In this document: positions 38,002 to 49,569 of the stretch, piece by piece
How the letters are laid out: every line of letters starts with the position of its first letter
Numbering within the stretch: position 1 is the first letter of the stretch
Source: Phaeosaccion multiseriatum
Taxonomy: Eukaryota; Protista; Ochrophyta, other classes
DNA: 64,000 nt
Assembly: GCA_965112735.1 (NCBI GenBank)
Contig: OZ218959.1
Coordinates: 1,364,001-1,428,000, forward strand
Reading direction: 5' to 3'
Notes under the pieces: generated by a model
What the model saw: only the letters and a program-made list of their open reading frames with translations
Database searches by the model: none
Told to the model about the DNA's origin: nothing
Program-made: the position numbers and the translations under genes

Positions 38002-41000
38002 CGTGTGCGGTGTGTGTGTGTGTTCCCCTGTCTGTCGCTTTCTCTTCCCCGTGTTGCGTCCTGTCGGTCCCCTCTTCGAAACCCCCAAGACACCGAAAAC
38101 TGCCGCTGTGGGCATTCCATGGCACCCCAGTCCACCCACCCACCCTCCCACACCCCACCCTCCCAACACTCTAGTCGGAGAGCGAGGGCGAGGTAGCCGT
38201 GGACACGGGCTTCATGGTCTACAATGCTCAAAACTACCCCAACATGGAGGGGCTTTTCGCAGAGCTCGGAGTGGAGGGAGAGGACTCCGAAATGAGTTTC
38301 TCCGTAAGCTTAGATGGTGGAGCTATGGAGTGGGGCAGCGAGGGGCTGGGCGCGCTCCTCGCCACCAAGAAGAACGTTCTCCGCCCCGCCTTCTATCGGA
38401 TGCTCAAGGACTTGGTTCGGTAAGTGGGTGTTTAGTATGTCAGTGGGTGGGTGGGTGTGACTTGAGTGGCCTTGGGCCTTGCTGTTGACGTACTTGAATG
38501 AATGCACTTGCGCCTTGTCGTCGTTGACTTTCTTGAGTCACCGCTTCCCCTATTGCGCCAGCCAAGCAAACCAAGCCCTCCCCAATGAATGCAGTTTACA
38601 GTTTCAAGTGTCTCTCCACCTCTAACCCCTCTCCTCTCTGGGTTGTTTTAGCTCATCGTACACGTCCTATCTCTCGCTCTCTCCTCTCCACTCTCGCTGT
38701 CTCCACTCTCCCCTCTTGCTCTCTCCCTCTCTTTCCTTCACCCTCCTCGACCCCGTCGCTCTCTCCCTCGCTCTCCTCTCCCTCCCCCCCCCCACCACCC
38801 CCCCACCCACCTACATACACACAAACCAACAAGGTTCAACCGCGAGGCCTCTGAACTACTCCTCTTGCACACCCAAGACCCGCGCAGAGCGGTCACAGTT
38901 GGCGAATTCCTGAAACAACACGGCTACAGCCCCGCCTTCACCAAGACATATCTCGTGCCCATGTGTGCGGCGCTGTGGAGCTCCTCCTCGGCAGATATTA
39001 TGAACTTCAGCGCGTTCACAATGGTGTCTTTTATGCACAATCACTCCATGCTTCAGCTGTTTGGCCGACCACAGTGGAAGACACCGGCGGGGAGGAGTGT
39101 GACGTACGTGCAGGCGATTCTGAAACGGCTGAGGAGGGGACAGGGGAAGGAGGAGGAGGGTGGGGTTGAGGGGGAGGAGGGGGGTGCGGAGGAAGGAGGG
39201 GGGGGGGCTGTGAGGTTGGGCACAGAAGTGACTTCGGTAGAGAGGCAAGGGCAGGACATGTGGACGGTGCGAGTGAGACGAAGAAAGCAGGGGGAGGAGG
39301 GGGAGCAGGAGGGGGAGGGGGAGCAGGAGTCCAAGGGAGAGGAGAAGATAAAGCGGGGAGGGGAAGGAGCGGCAGAGGGAGGGCAAGGACAAGGACAAGG
39401 GCAAGGGCAAGAAGAGGAGGGGTCTGGCGAGGAAGGCTCGATGGGCAGTGAGGCGGAAGATCTTGGAGCCGTCCCACTCAGCGAAGAGGTGACCGGTGTT
39501 GCGGCTGTATCACCAACTGCTGCAGAGGAGCAACAGGGAGAGGAGGGCGGGCGAGGTGGAGGCGGGAAGGAAGAGGGCAGCCCGAGCCCTGTCGACGGCG
39601 ACGACGACGCGGATGAGGAGGACATGCACTTCGACCAGGTGCGTGGGTGCGTGTGCGTGGTGTCGACGTCGATGTCGATTTTCTCTCGAGTGACAATTCA
39701 GTCAGTGTCCGTTTATCCTTCGTGGGGAGGGGGAGGGTGATGGATGCTCCACACCAACTCAAACACGGGATCATCAGCCTGAGACTCGGAATCGATCAAC
39801 TGGAACTGAAAACTGGCTCTGTTGATCTGAAACTGACAACTGTGGACAGGTGATCTTCGCCTGCCCCGCGGACGTAACGCTGCGGCTACTGCGCTCCTCC
39901 GCCACTGCCCATGAGGCAGCGGCGCTCGGGGCCTTCCAGTTCGAGGACAACACAGTCGGTGAGGGAGGGGGAGGGAGGGAGGGAGCGAGGGGAGAGAGAC
40001 GGGGGGGGGGGGGGGTGGAGGAAGGGGGGAGTGAGGGAGTGGGAGGGTAGGTGGGGAGGGTGGCAGTGAGTGAGTCAGTGAAGTGAGTGATTGAGTGAGT
40101 GAGTGAGTGAGTGAGTGAGTGAGTGAAGTGAGTGCGTGGGGCGTGACCTCGAAAACCCCACCCCAACCCGTCGTGCCTATCCCGCTCCCCAAACCAGTGG
40201 TGCACACCGACGAGCGCCTCATGCCCCAAAGCCGGGCTGCCTGGAGCGCGTGGAACTACATCGGTACCTCCGAAGGCATCGACCGGGCGGAGAGTAAGCC
40301 CGTCTTCGTCACGTACTGGCTCAACAGGCTACAGAACCTCAAGGGAAAAGACGGGACCCCCTTAACCACCAACATCTTTGTGAGTCTCAATCCCACCCTG
40401 GCTCCGAGCCGGGATAAGGTGTTGCGTGAGATTGAGTATCGGCACCCGCAATTCTCCCCTGCGGCGGATAAGGCTCGAAGACAGGTGTGTGTGTGTGGGT
40501 GGGTTGGGTGTGCTTGTGTTTGTGTGTTTGTGTGTGTGTGTGTGTGCATGGGCGTGTGGGCGTGTGCGTGTGGGCGGAGGTGTTGGTGTGGGTGGGGGCT
40601 GAGGCGGGGATGCGTGTGGTGGGTGGGTGGATGGGGTAGGTGGATCGATGGAACCTTTCCAAACTAGCAAGCTGAAGCTGAAACGCTCTCTTGCTCTCTC
40701 TCTCTCGCTGTGTGCACGTGTATGTATGTGCGTGTGTGCGTGTGTGCGTGTGTGTGTGTGTGCGCGCGCGCGTGCTCCAGGTGGCTGCCATGAGCGGCAA
40801 GAGGGGCTTGTGGTTCGCGGGGGCGTGGCTCGGCTACGGCTTTCACGAGGACGGTCTGAGAACGGGCTTGCAAGCAGCCACCTCCATCTCGGGCAGGCCC
40901 GTGCCATGGGTCCCGCAGCAACAACAGCAGCAGCAGTCAGTGATACAGCAGGAGGAGGTGAGAGGGGCGAGGGAGGGAGAGGAGAAGGAGGTGGTGGAGG

Positions 41001-43055
41001 TGGAGGAGGAGGAGGAGGAGGAGGAGGAGGAGGAGGAGGAGGAGGAGGAGGAGGAGGAGGTGAGAGGGGCGAGGGAGGGAGAGGAGAAGAAGAAGAAGAA
41101 GAAGAAGGAGGAGGAGGAGGAGGAGGAGGTGGAGGAAGAGGAGGAGGTGGAGGAAGAGGAGGAGGACGTGAGGGGGGCTCCTTGCTCATGTACCCCCCCC
41201 ATTCTTGGCCCTCCCCCCCCCTTACCTTCTCCCCCCCCCCCCCCCAGACGCAGACGGGCGGCAGTAGCCCCCTCAGCAGCAGTGCCATTGGTGCAACGGT
41301 TGATGGCGTAGAGCCCGCCCCCACCGGGCCGTCGCTAATGTCAAGCAGCATGTCCAGCAGTGGCAGTGGCAGCAGCAGCAGCAGCAGCAGCAGGGGGCGG
41401 CAACACCGCTCCTCCCTTGTTCTCCCCCAGCCTGCACTCCCCACATCACACTCCGGTACGTCACTGTTTGTATGTCAGTTTCATTCTCAGTCGTGTCTTA
41501 GTATCAGTTTCAGTTTTGTGCCCCCCCCCACCTCCCCTAGTCTCCCCTCCCCACACCTCCCTCCGGTACGTCATGTTACGTACGGAGGTGTACGATCATG
41601 CCGTGCGCTTCTGTATCACCAACTGCTATCCTCTGCCGTATCGCCAACGCCGTTTTGCTCCACTGTGTCACCAACTGCCATCCTTTGTTGTACCACCCCT
41701 CCTTCTCCCCCCAATCCTTCTCCTCCTTCTCCCCCTCTCCTCCAGGCCTGCGGGGTGGAGTCAGTGGCCTGCTCCGCTCCGCAGTCACAGGCCTCGCTAC
41801 ACGCAGCGTATGTGCTTTCCTACGCCACACTATCTCAGTCGGGCAGCTTACACTCATCTATCCCGATGGACGGACGGTGCGGTTCGGAGAGGGTATGGCA
41901 GTGGATGGGATCACCCCTTGCAGGGAGGAGCAGAACATTGCGGTGCGCGTGTTCGATTGGTGGTTCTTTGTTCGAATCGCTCTTGAATACGATCTCGGCC
42001 TGGCCAGGTGAGGGAGGGGAGGGAAGGGGAGAGGAGGAGAGGCGAGACGAGGGGAGGCGAGACGAGGGGAGGGGAGGGGAGGGGAGGGGAGGGGAGGGGA
42101 GGGGAGGGGAGGGGAGGGGAGGGGAGGGGTGATGCTTAGTAAGCGTGAAGTTCGTCCCTTTGTCTTGTCGCCTTGATCGACTGACCTTCACTCTTTCCTT
42201 CCCACTCTCTCACTCTCTCCGTCCCTCCCTCCCCTCTCTGCCGCGGGGCGCAGGTCGTACATAGCTGGGGAGTGGATGATTGAAGGAGACACCCGGTACG
42301 CAGACGGATTGCGAAGGCTCTTCCTCCTCTTCGTGGACAATAGAGACACCTCCAAGAGCAACGCCTTGTCGCCGGGTACGCACATGCACTCACGCACATA
42401 CACACGCTAACGCACACACACATTCACACACACACACACACACGCCACTGCTCTTCTCTCCTCCCTCCGGCTCACCCTCCTCCTCCCCCCCCAACCCACC
42501 TTCAACACCTTCGACAGCCAAACTCTTCACGGCGTGGATAGGCTACGGCTTGAACTTCCTTCGCTACAAGCTCTCCATGGACAACAGCATCCGAGGTGCG
42601 CCATTTGTGATGTGTCGGTGTGGGTCCGCGTGTGGGCCGTGCGTGTACCCCTTGGGTCCAGTCCCCGCTCCCTCCTCCTCTCTGCACTCTCGGCACTCTC
42701 TGCGCAGGAAGGAAGTGTGACGCGGACGTTTTCCTCCCTCCCCTCTCTCTCAAGGTATTCCTGTAAGTCAATAAAGTTCCCTCCCCTCCTTCCCTCCCTC
42801 CCTCCCTCCCTCCCTCCCTCTCTCTCCCTCCCTCCTGCCTCCTCCTCCTCCTTGCCCCCCAGGCTCTCGCAGCAACATTGAGGCCCACTACGACCTGTCC
42901 AACGATTTGTTCACCACCTTCCTCGACACTCGGCACCTCATGTACAGCAGTGCCATCTTCGACGCTTCGCTAGACGTCGCCAAGCCGGGGCGGAACTTGG
43001 TGTTTAGAGATACGCTGGAGGCTGCTCAGGTGAAGATGGAAGTTTCCTCGCCCTC

Positions 43056-43101
<46 letters not shown>

Positions 43102-43935
43102 TCCCTCTCCTCTCGCTCGCCCTCTCTCTCTCTCTCATCCCCGTCCCTCCGTCTCCCTCCCTCTGTCCGTCTCCCCTCTTCTCTCAATTCTCTCCTCCCA
43201 GACGCGCAAGATCGACTTGCTGATTAAGCGCTCTCGCGTGGAGGCCCACCACAAGCTGCTGGACATTGGCTTCGGCTGGGGGGGGGTGGCCATTCGGGCA
43301 GCGGAGACCATCGGCTGCCAGGTGAGGCTTGACCTGGCCACTGCCATCCTCAGCTTTGTTTCCTTTGGTTCTTTCTCTAGTCACCGACTGATGCCTGTGT
43401 GGGTGCGTGCGTGGGTGCGTGCATGGGTGCGTGCGTGAGCTGCGTGCCTGCCCTGGGGTGGGCCTCTGACTTGCTCCACCCCCTCCTCCCTCCTCCTCCT
43501 CCTCCTCCTCCTCCTCCTCCTCCTTCTCCTCCCCCTCCTCCCCCTCCTCCTCCCCCTCCTCCTCCTCCTCCTCCTCCTCCTCCTCCTCCTCCTCCTCCTC
43601 CTCCTCCTTCTCCTCCTCCTCCTCCTCCTCCTCCTCCTCCTCCTCCTCCTCCTCCTCCTCCTCCCCCTTACCCCCCTCCTCCCTTTTCCTCCCCAAGGTG
43701 GTAGGCATCACCCTCTCTATCGAACAGAAGCAGCTGGCCGAGCGCCTGGTGCGTGAGAAGGGCCTAGAGCACCTAGTCACCTTTGAACTCGTGGACTATC
43801 GCATCTTTTCCTCGCAACACAAGGCCGAGTTCGACAGCATCATCTCTTGCGAAATGATTGAGGCAGTGGGTCACAGGTGAGTGCGTTGGTGGTACGGAAG
43901 ATGTGGTTTATTATGTTTGTTTGGGTGTCAGGACA

Positions 43936-43997
<62 letters not shown>

Positions 43998-45777
43998 GTC
44001 AGAGACAGACAGACATTTGGTGTCGAGACAGAGAAAGAAGACAGAACAGAGAGTGTCGCTATGGACCTGGTGGGAAGGGATGGGTGTTCGCTCGCGCGGC
44101 TCCTGTTTAAGAGCATATCGGCCCTGCCTTTGCCCCATTCATTGCCGGGCCTTGCCTGTCCCCCACTTCTTTCCCTTCAACCCGGCCGGAACCATCCCCC
44201 TCACTTCCCCCCATCCCTCCCTCCCCGCCTCCCTCCTCCCCCGCCTCCCTCCCTCCCTCCCTCCCTCCTTCCCTCCCTCCCTCCCTCCCTCCCTCCCTCC
44301 CTCCCTCCCTCCCTCCCTCCCTCCCTCCCTCCCTCCCTCCCTCCCTTCCTCCACTCCTGTCCCTCGGTCCGTCCCTCCCTCCCTCCACTCCACTCCTCTC
44401 CCTCCCTCCCTCCCTCCCCCCCCCCCCCAGGCACCTGGGCAGCTTCTTCGAGAGTGTGAACACTTTGCTCAAGCCCAACGGCGTGTTTGTAATGGAGGCC
44501 ATCACCACTCCGGAGAGCAGATATGAGGTACGGCTCTGTCTCCTCCCCCAAGGCAACCAACCAACCAACCAACCAACCAACCAACCAACCAACCAACCAA
44601 CCAACCAACCAACCAACCAACCAACCAACCAACCAGCCAACCAACCAACCAACCAACCAACCAACCAACCAACCAACCAGCCAACCAACCAACCAGCCAA
44701 CCAACCACCCACCCAACCAACCACCCATCCATCCACCCACCCACTGATCCACCCACCCACTGATCCACCCACACCCACCCCTCACCCACCGACCCTGTAT
44801 CACCAACAGGAGTACCTCAAGAGCACGGACTTCATCAACACCATCATCTTCCCCGGCAGCTGCTGCCCCTCCCTCACGGCCCTTCTCGAGGCCATGAGCA
44901 AGCGATCCGAGCTGTCTCTGGAGGGCTACGACAATATTGGGATGCACTATGCTGAAACGCTGAGGATGTGGAGGATGCGTTTCAACAACAGCGAGACGAG
45001 GGTGCGTAGTAAGAGGAGAGGAGAGGAGGGGAGGGGATGGAAGGGAAGGGAGGGAGGGGGGGGGAAGGGGGGGGGAGGGAAAGGGGAGGGGAGGAGAGGA
45101 GAGGAGGAGAGGAGACAAGCCTTTATGTGAATCGCATCCTGATGCCACGCACTTTGTTGGGATCCCTCCCTCCTTGCTTGCTGCGCTTTGGTCCGCTCAG
45201 GTTCGCTCGTTCGGCTTCGACGGCATGTTCATTCGCTGCTGGAACTATTACTTCACCTACTGCGAGGTGAGGGAGTGAGTGAGGGAGGGAGGGAGGGAGG
45301 GAGTGAGTGAGTGAGTGAGTGAGTGAGTGACTGAGTGAGTGAGTAAGGGAGTGAGGGAGGGAGTGAGTGAGTGAGTGAGTCAGTCAGTGAGTGAGTGAGT
45401 GAATGAGTGAGTGAGTGGGGGAGTAGGGGGGCTGGCCCGACTGTGTCACCCCTGTGCAAAACACACGATAGAAAAGCCGAGGGAAGGAGAGTACACATGT
45501 GCTCTGCTCTCTTCCTCCATCATGTTGGGTTGGGGTGCCAAATGCTCACAGGGCACCGCCCACTCCGCTCCCTCCCTCCCCTCCCTCCCTCCCTCCCTCC
45601 CTCCCCTCATCTCTTCCCTCTCCCCGCCTATCTCGCCTGCTGTTACTCACTGGCCACCCTCATCAGGCGGGCTTCCACAGCCAGACGGAGGGCTGTCTCA
45701 TTCTCACCTTCTCACGACCGGGCAACGAAAGGCTGCTCGACTCCTCGGATGTGCTCTCCATACTGGGCCACCACTGA
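37166..45777 (+). CDS. Fused FAD-dependent oxidoreductase (amine-oxidase-like) + cyclopropane-fatty-acyl-phospholipid synthase family SAM methyltransferase; 18 exons
   Basis: N-half: [18 protein letters not shown] (GxGxxG), [77 protein letters not shown]-half: [79 protein letters not shown]. Exons approx. 37166-37385, 37837-37937, 38175-38419, 38834-39638, 39850-39958, 40198-40484, 40781-40957, 41248-41455, 41746-42007, 42254-42375, 42518-42595, 42863-43029, 43202-43321, 43698-43876, 44431-44527, 44810-45001, 45201-45266, 45667-45777 (TGA). No stop codon between the two halves. Confidence 0.93.
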
Positions 45778-46248
45778 GACCCGCTCAGAGACCCACATTG
45801 TGTTGGGCGGCCAGAGACCCAATCAGGGTAAGGATAGTAGTAGGTGGGGAGAGAGATGAAGATGGAGATGGAGATGAGGCCCACCTCCTTTCTTCTCGGA
45901 GGTCCGTGCGTGGAGTGAATGAATCAAGTAGTATTATGTAATGGGGGGAAGTAAGGAATAAGATCCGATAGATACATGCCTTTTGGTGCCATAGGATGCC
46001 ATAGGATTCGTAGCATGGTAGAGGACATGACGGGCTGTGTCCGTTTGCATTCATGCATCTCTCTTTTCTCTCTCTCTCTCTCTCTCGAGTATGAGATATT
46101 TCGATTCATGGAGCGAGTTTATTTTTAATTAAAAATAATTACAGTTTGATTAATCTTTGGCACAGTTTTTGTGTCTACTGACTGGACTCTCGTGTCCAAT
46201 GCATGTTTTTGCATGTGCGGCGGCAGCGCGTGGAGGTATTCACACGGC

Positions 46249-46380
46249 AGCGGACAGCGCCTCTCCCCACACAGCCCAACCACTGCCCAACCCTGCTCAC
46301 AGGGAGAGAGAGAGAGAGAGTGTGTGTGTAAGTGTAAGGCCCCTTCCTCCCTCCCTGTGTGGGGAGAGGCGCTGTCCGCT
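46249..46380. repeat. 132-bp element with perfect 26-bp terminal inverted repeats (MITE-like or RNA hairpin)
   Basis: AGCGGACAGCGCCTCTCCCCACACAG (46249-46274) is the exact reverse complement of 46355-46380. No clear target-site duplication. Confidence 0.85.
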
Positions 46381-46510
46381 AAGGCCCAAGCCTCCATTTA
46401 TGTTCCATGGGCCCATGATATGTGTAAGTCTCCGATGCGCTCAGGCGCACGAGTACTCGCACGCACCGGGGGCCATCATCACAAAACTCCCTTCCCCCCT
46501 CTTCTGTAGC

Positions 46511-46545
<35 letters not shown>

Positions 46546-46547
<2 letters not shown>

Positions 46548-47833
46548 ATGACGACGACGACGACGACAATGATGGTGCTGATGCGGGCCTGGGCAGCCAA
46601 GGCAGCCCGGGCCTCAGGGGAGGGGGTAAAGCACCGGTGGAGTAAAGCACCGGTGGCACCGGCTGTACCGAGGTGACGAGAGCCGTCGCCAGGTCCAAGG
46701 CGGGCGAGAAGGTGTAGTCCGGCAATAAACCAGTGATGACGTGGGTCACCGCTTGTGGAGACAGCGGCACCGTGGCCACTGGTGATTCAACAGTCGTTGT
46801 CGTCGTCGTCGTCGCCCCACCCCCCACACCTCCGAAATGGGCCGTGGTCGGGAAAGCAAGCTCCATTCCTCCTCCTCCCCCCGTCATTCTCCCTGGACAG
46901 CTCCCTCGGCGTCTTGGAGGCGGACAAGGAGAAGCAGGAGCCATGCTGGGTGGTAGGTGCTGGTGCACATGTCCCACATCCCCGCCCTCACACGGAGGGA
47001 GCAAGGCCAACGCAGCGGCAGCAGCAGCGACGGTCCGCTTCTTACTGGCCACAAACTCGGTGTACATGTGACCGTACAAGTCCGGTGAGACTTGCTGACG
47101 AGAAGGCACGTGCATATAGACAAGACGCCCGTCAGGCAAGGTGCGGCCGCTACGGACAACGCCTGTAATGGCACCCAGCTCGAGATGGTCCGTCCGGTTC
47201 TCCACGCCGATGCTACTCAACACATTAGTCTTGGCCTTAATGAGTGCGCGGCAGGCGTCTCGGCAGGAGGCCACTCGGGGAGGGGAGGTGCTCAACCAGT
47301 CGAGTGGCTTGTTCGTGTGTTGCGAGTCGGAAGGCGGAGAAAGAGCCCACAACATGCTGCCATTGTTGGCGGCTCTCAACTGCAGCGCATCGAGAGTAGC
47401 CGAGGCACTGATAGCGTAACCTGATGAGAGGGCGGAGGTGGGGGGGGAGGCAGGCACTGGTGAGCACTGCGCCAATGCGCTGTTGGGCAAATATAGAAAA
47501 ATAGAGCGGGTGGTTTGGGGTGCTTGTCCGGTACGTACCGTGCAAGACGAGGAGCCTGGCCGCGATCCTTCTGGCCCGCTGGCTGTGCTGCGAGCCTTCC
47601 TTTGCATATGCCCGGCTGAGCTCGGAGACGGAGTTGCCGGGCAGGGCATGCAATCCCGCAGCGCGAGCGTGGGAGCGAAGAATCTCGACCACGGAGGAAG
47701 AAGTCACCCTCAGGAACTGGGCCACCACAAACTGAGCGCCCTTGCCCCCAGTGTCTTGTCTGCTGCTGCTAGCTCCGTACGGCCTCTTGCCCATGCCCTC
47801 TTGCCGGGGGAGCGGCCGCTTCCTGCCGCTCAT
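46546..47833 (-). CDS. Hypothetical protein, about 389 aa, two exons
   Basis: Exon 47833-47539 (MSGRKRPLPRQ...LLVLH) joins exon 47420-46546 (GYAISASATL...TAG) in frame across a GTACGT...CTCATCAG intron of 118 nt, linking two separate ORF-track ORFs. Start codon uncertain; no family recognised. Confidence 0.6.
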
Positions 47834-48211
47834 GGCACTCTCTTCGGCCCGCACGACACCCATCCAAACGCAACGGCACTGCAAAAAAACACGATATCAA
47901 AACTGTTCTTCAGCAAGCACCCCATGTCCCTCGAGCAGCGGCCATGGCAGGTAGGAGGACAAAGCCCTAAGGAAAGGCGTGTACTGGTAATATAGAGAGG
48001 GTGAGGTTCGATGATCGGCGTGTGCCGTTGCGGAGAAAGGGGAAAGGGTGGGGGGGGGGGGGTTCCATTTTTCTCCCGCGCGAACGTGAAATGCCAACGA
48101 ATGTCAACGTAAATGCAAATTAGCACCAAAAGGTGGTGACGTAAAGGCGAAAATGTTGAACAAATTTTGCCGTCTTTTTGCAGCTCTATTTTCCAGTTTG
48201 AATGTGTGAGA

Positions 48212-48565
48212 ATGGAGAAGGAGTTGAAAAGAGCATCAAGAAAAACAAAAACAGCAGCAGCACGCCTTTTAACCCCTACATCGCACGCACTGTTTTTTGC
48301 TGCCGCTGTCGCTGCTGCTCCTGCTGCTGCTTCTGCTGTAGCTCCACCTGCGGAGGAAAAGAGGGAGCGAGGACGTCCGCGAGGGAGCAAGCAAGAACAA
48401 AACAAGGCGCATGGAGCTGCAGCGCCGGCAAAGAAGGCTGCTGAACCAGTAGTAAAGAGACGGCGAGCACGACCCGCAGGGAGCAATAGCGCGAGGGGAA
48501 GTGCAAAGCCGGGTCCTGTACAGCATGTACGCAAGCAAAGTCCGTTTTACTTGCAGGTAGGCTAG
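48212..48565 (+). pseudogene. AT-hook-containing Lys/Ala-rich ORF (HMGA/histone H1-like fragment), possibly decayed
   Basis: KRERGRPRGSK is a canonical AT-hook; KRRRARPAGS is a degenerate second copy; AAAPAKKAAEP linker; possible donor CAG/GTAGGC at 48556. Confidence 0.35.
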
Positions 48566-49569
48566 CTAGCTCTGGGCTGAGGAGGGAGGGGTCACAGTTG
48601 TGGGCTCTCCATTGTCATCGGTGGCACCAGCGAAGACGTCTACTCCGCCCGTCCCAACCTGAAGGAGCCCCTCTTCCGTCCGAAGGCCATGAAGCAGGTA
48701 GCTGCCATTTTCTTTTTCCAGTTACACTGCTTTGTATTCGTTTCGTTCGCCCCCCCTTGCGTTTGCTTCGCTTCGCAATGCTTTGATGATCCCCTTCTTC
48801 CCTTCCTTGCCCCGCTGACCCAATCCCGCCTGTGCCTCCCTCGTGTGGGTGAATTCGTGTGGACGAATTGTCGTGTTGGGATATCTCCCTCTCTGGAGAC
48901 TAGCGTCGTACTTGCACGGGTTGTGGGAAAGCGTCTTATTAACTCATTACCAAATCAAGGGAGTGATCGGATATGTACCGGCGATATAGAGATCGATATC
49001 CAGTGTCGACATCGATTTATCTCAACATAACATTGCTGCCTCAGAGGCAGCAGAGCGTAGCGCAAATGTTGAGGAGTCGCTGACTGCACTCAAGAGCCTC
49101 TCGCCTTCTGCGCAGTTTCCAGCAAAGTTGAGGAGTCGCCAGTTGTGGTAGGGGAATTTGAATTTAATTGGCTGGCCCTGTCGGGCCAGCTCTATTATCA
49201 CGATACTCGCCTTCCAGATCGCAAGCAATGACTGCGACTGCTCGGCGATATGCCGCCGTTGCTGTGGCTGCAACGGTCAACGTTCACACATGTGTGGATT
49301 CAAATCTGTCACCCCCGATGTGTGGAGAGACACCGTGGACCGTGGATGGCGGGGTTTTTTTTTTTGAAGGCGTGAAACCGAAATCATTGACTTATGTACT
49401 CCGGTGTCTCGACGTTTCAAAGAATATGTCAGCAAAAGAGAAAAATCGAAATGTCTCTTTCTCTGCCCACACCACATGTCTAAACCACGTAAGCTTCTGG
49501 AGTACGTGAGGGGGTAGGGTTCCCGTGAGCGTGCCTCTCTCTTTATCTCTCTCGCTGACGGGTGGCACA

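Noticed and set aside
39507-39517. TATCACC resembles the phage lambda operator half-site
   Set aside because: No 17-bp dyad operator and no phage genes; a coincidental 7-mer.
45002-45209. Intron start and next exon both encode V-R-S
   Set aside because: GTGCGT is a common donor here and nucleotide identity is low, so chance is sufficient.
47438-48534. ORFs 47438-47995 (+) and 47830-48534 (-)
   Set aside because: Antisense shadows of the orphan gene and the AT-hook ORF with no independent protein signal.
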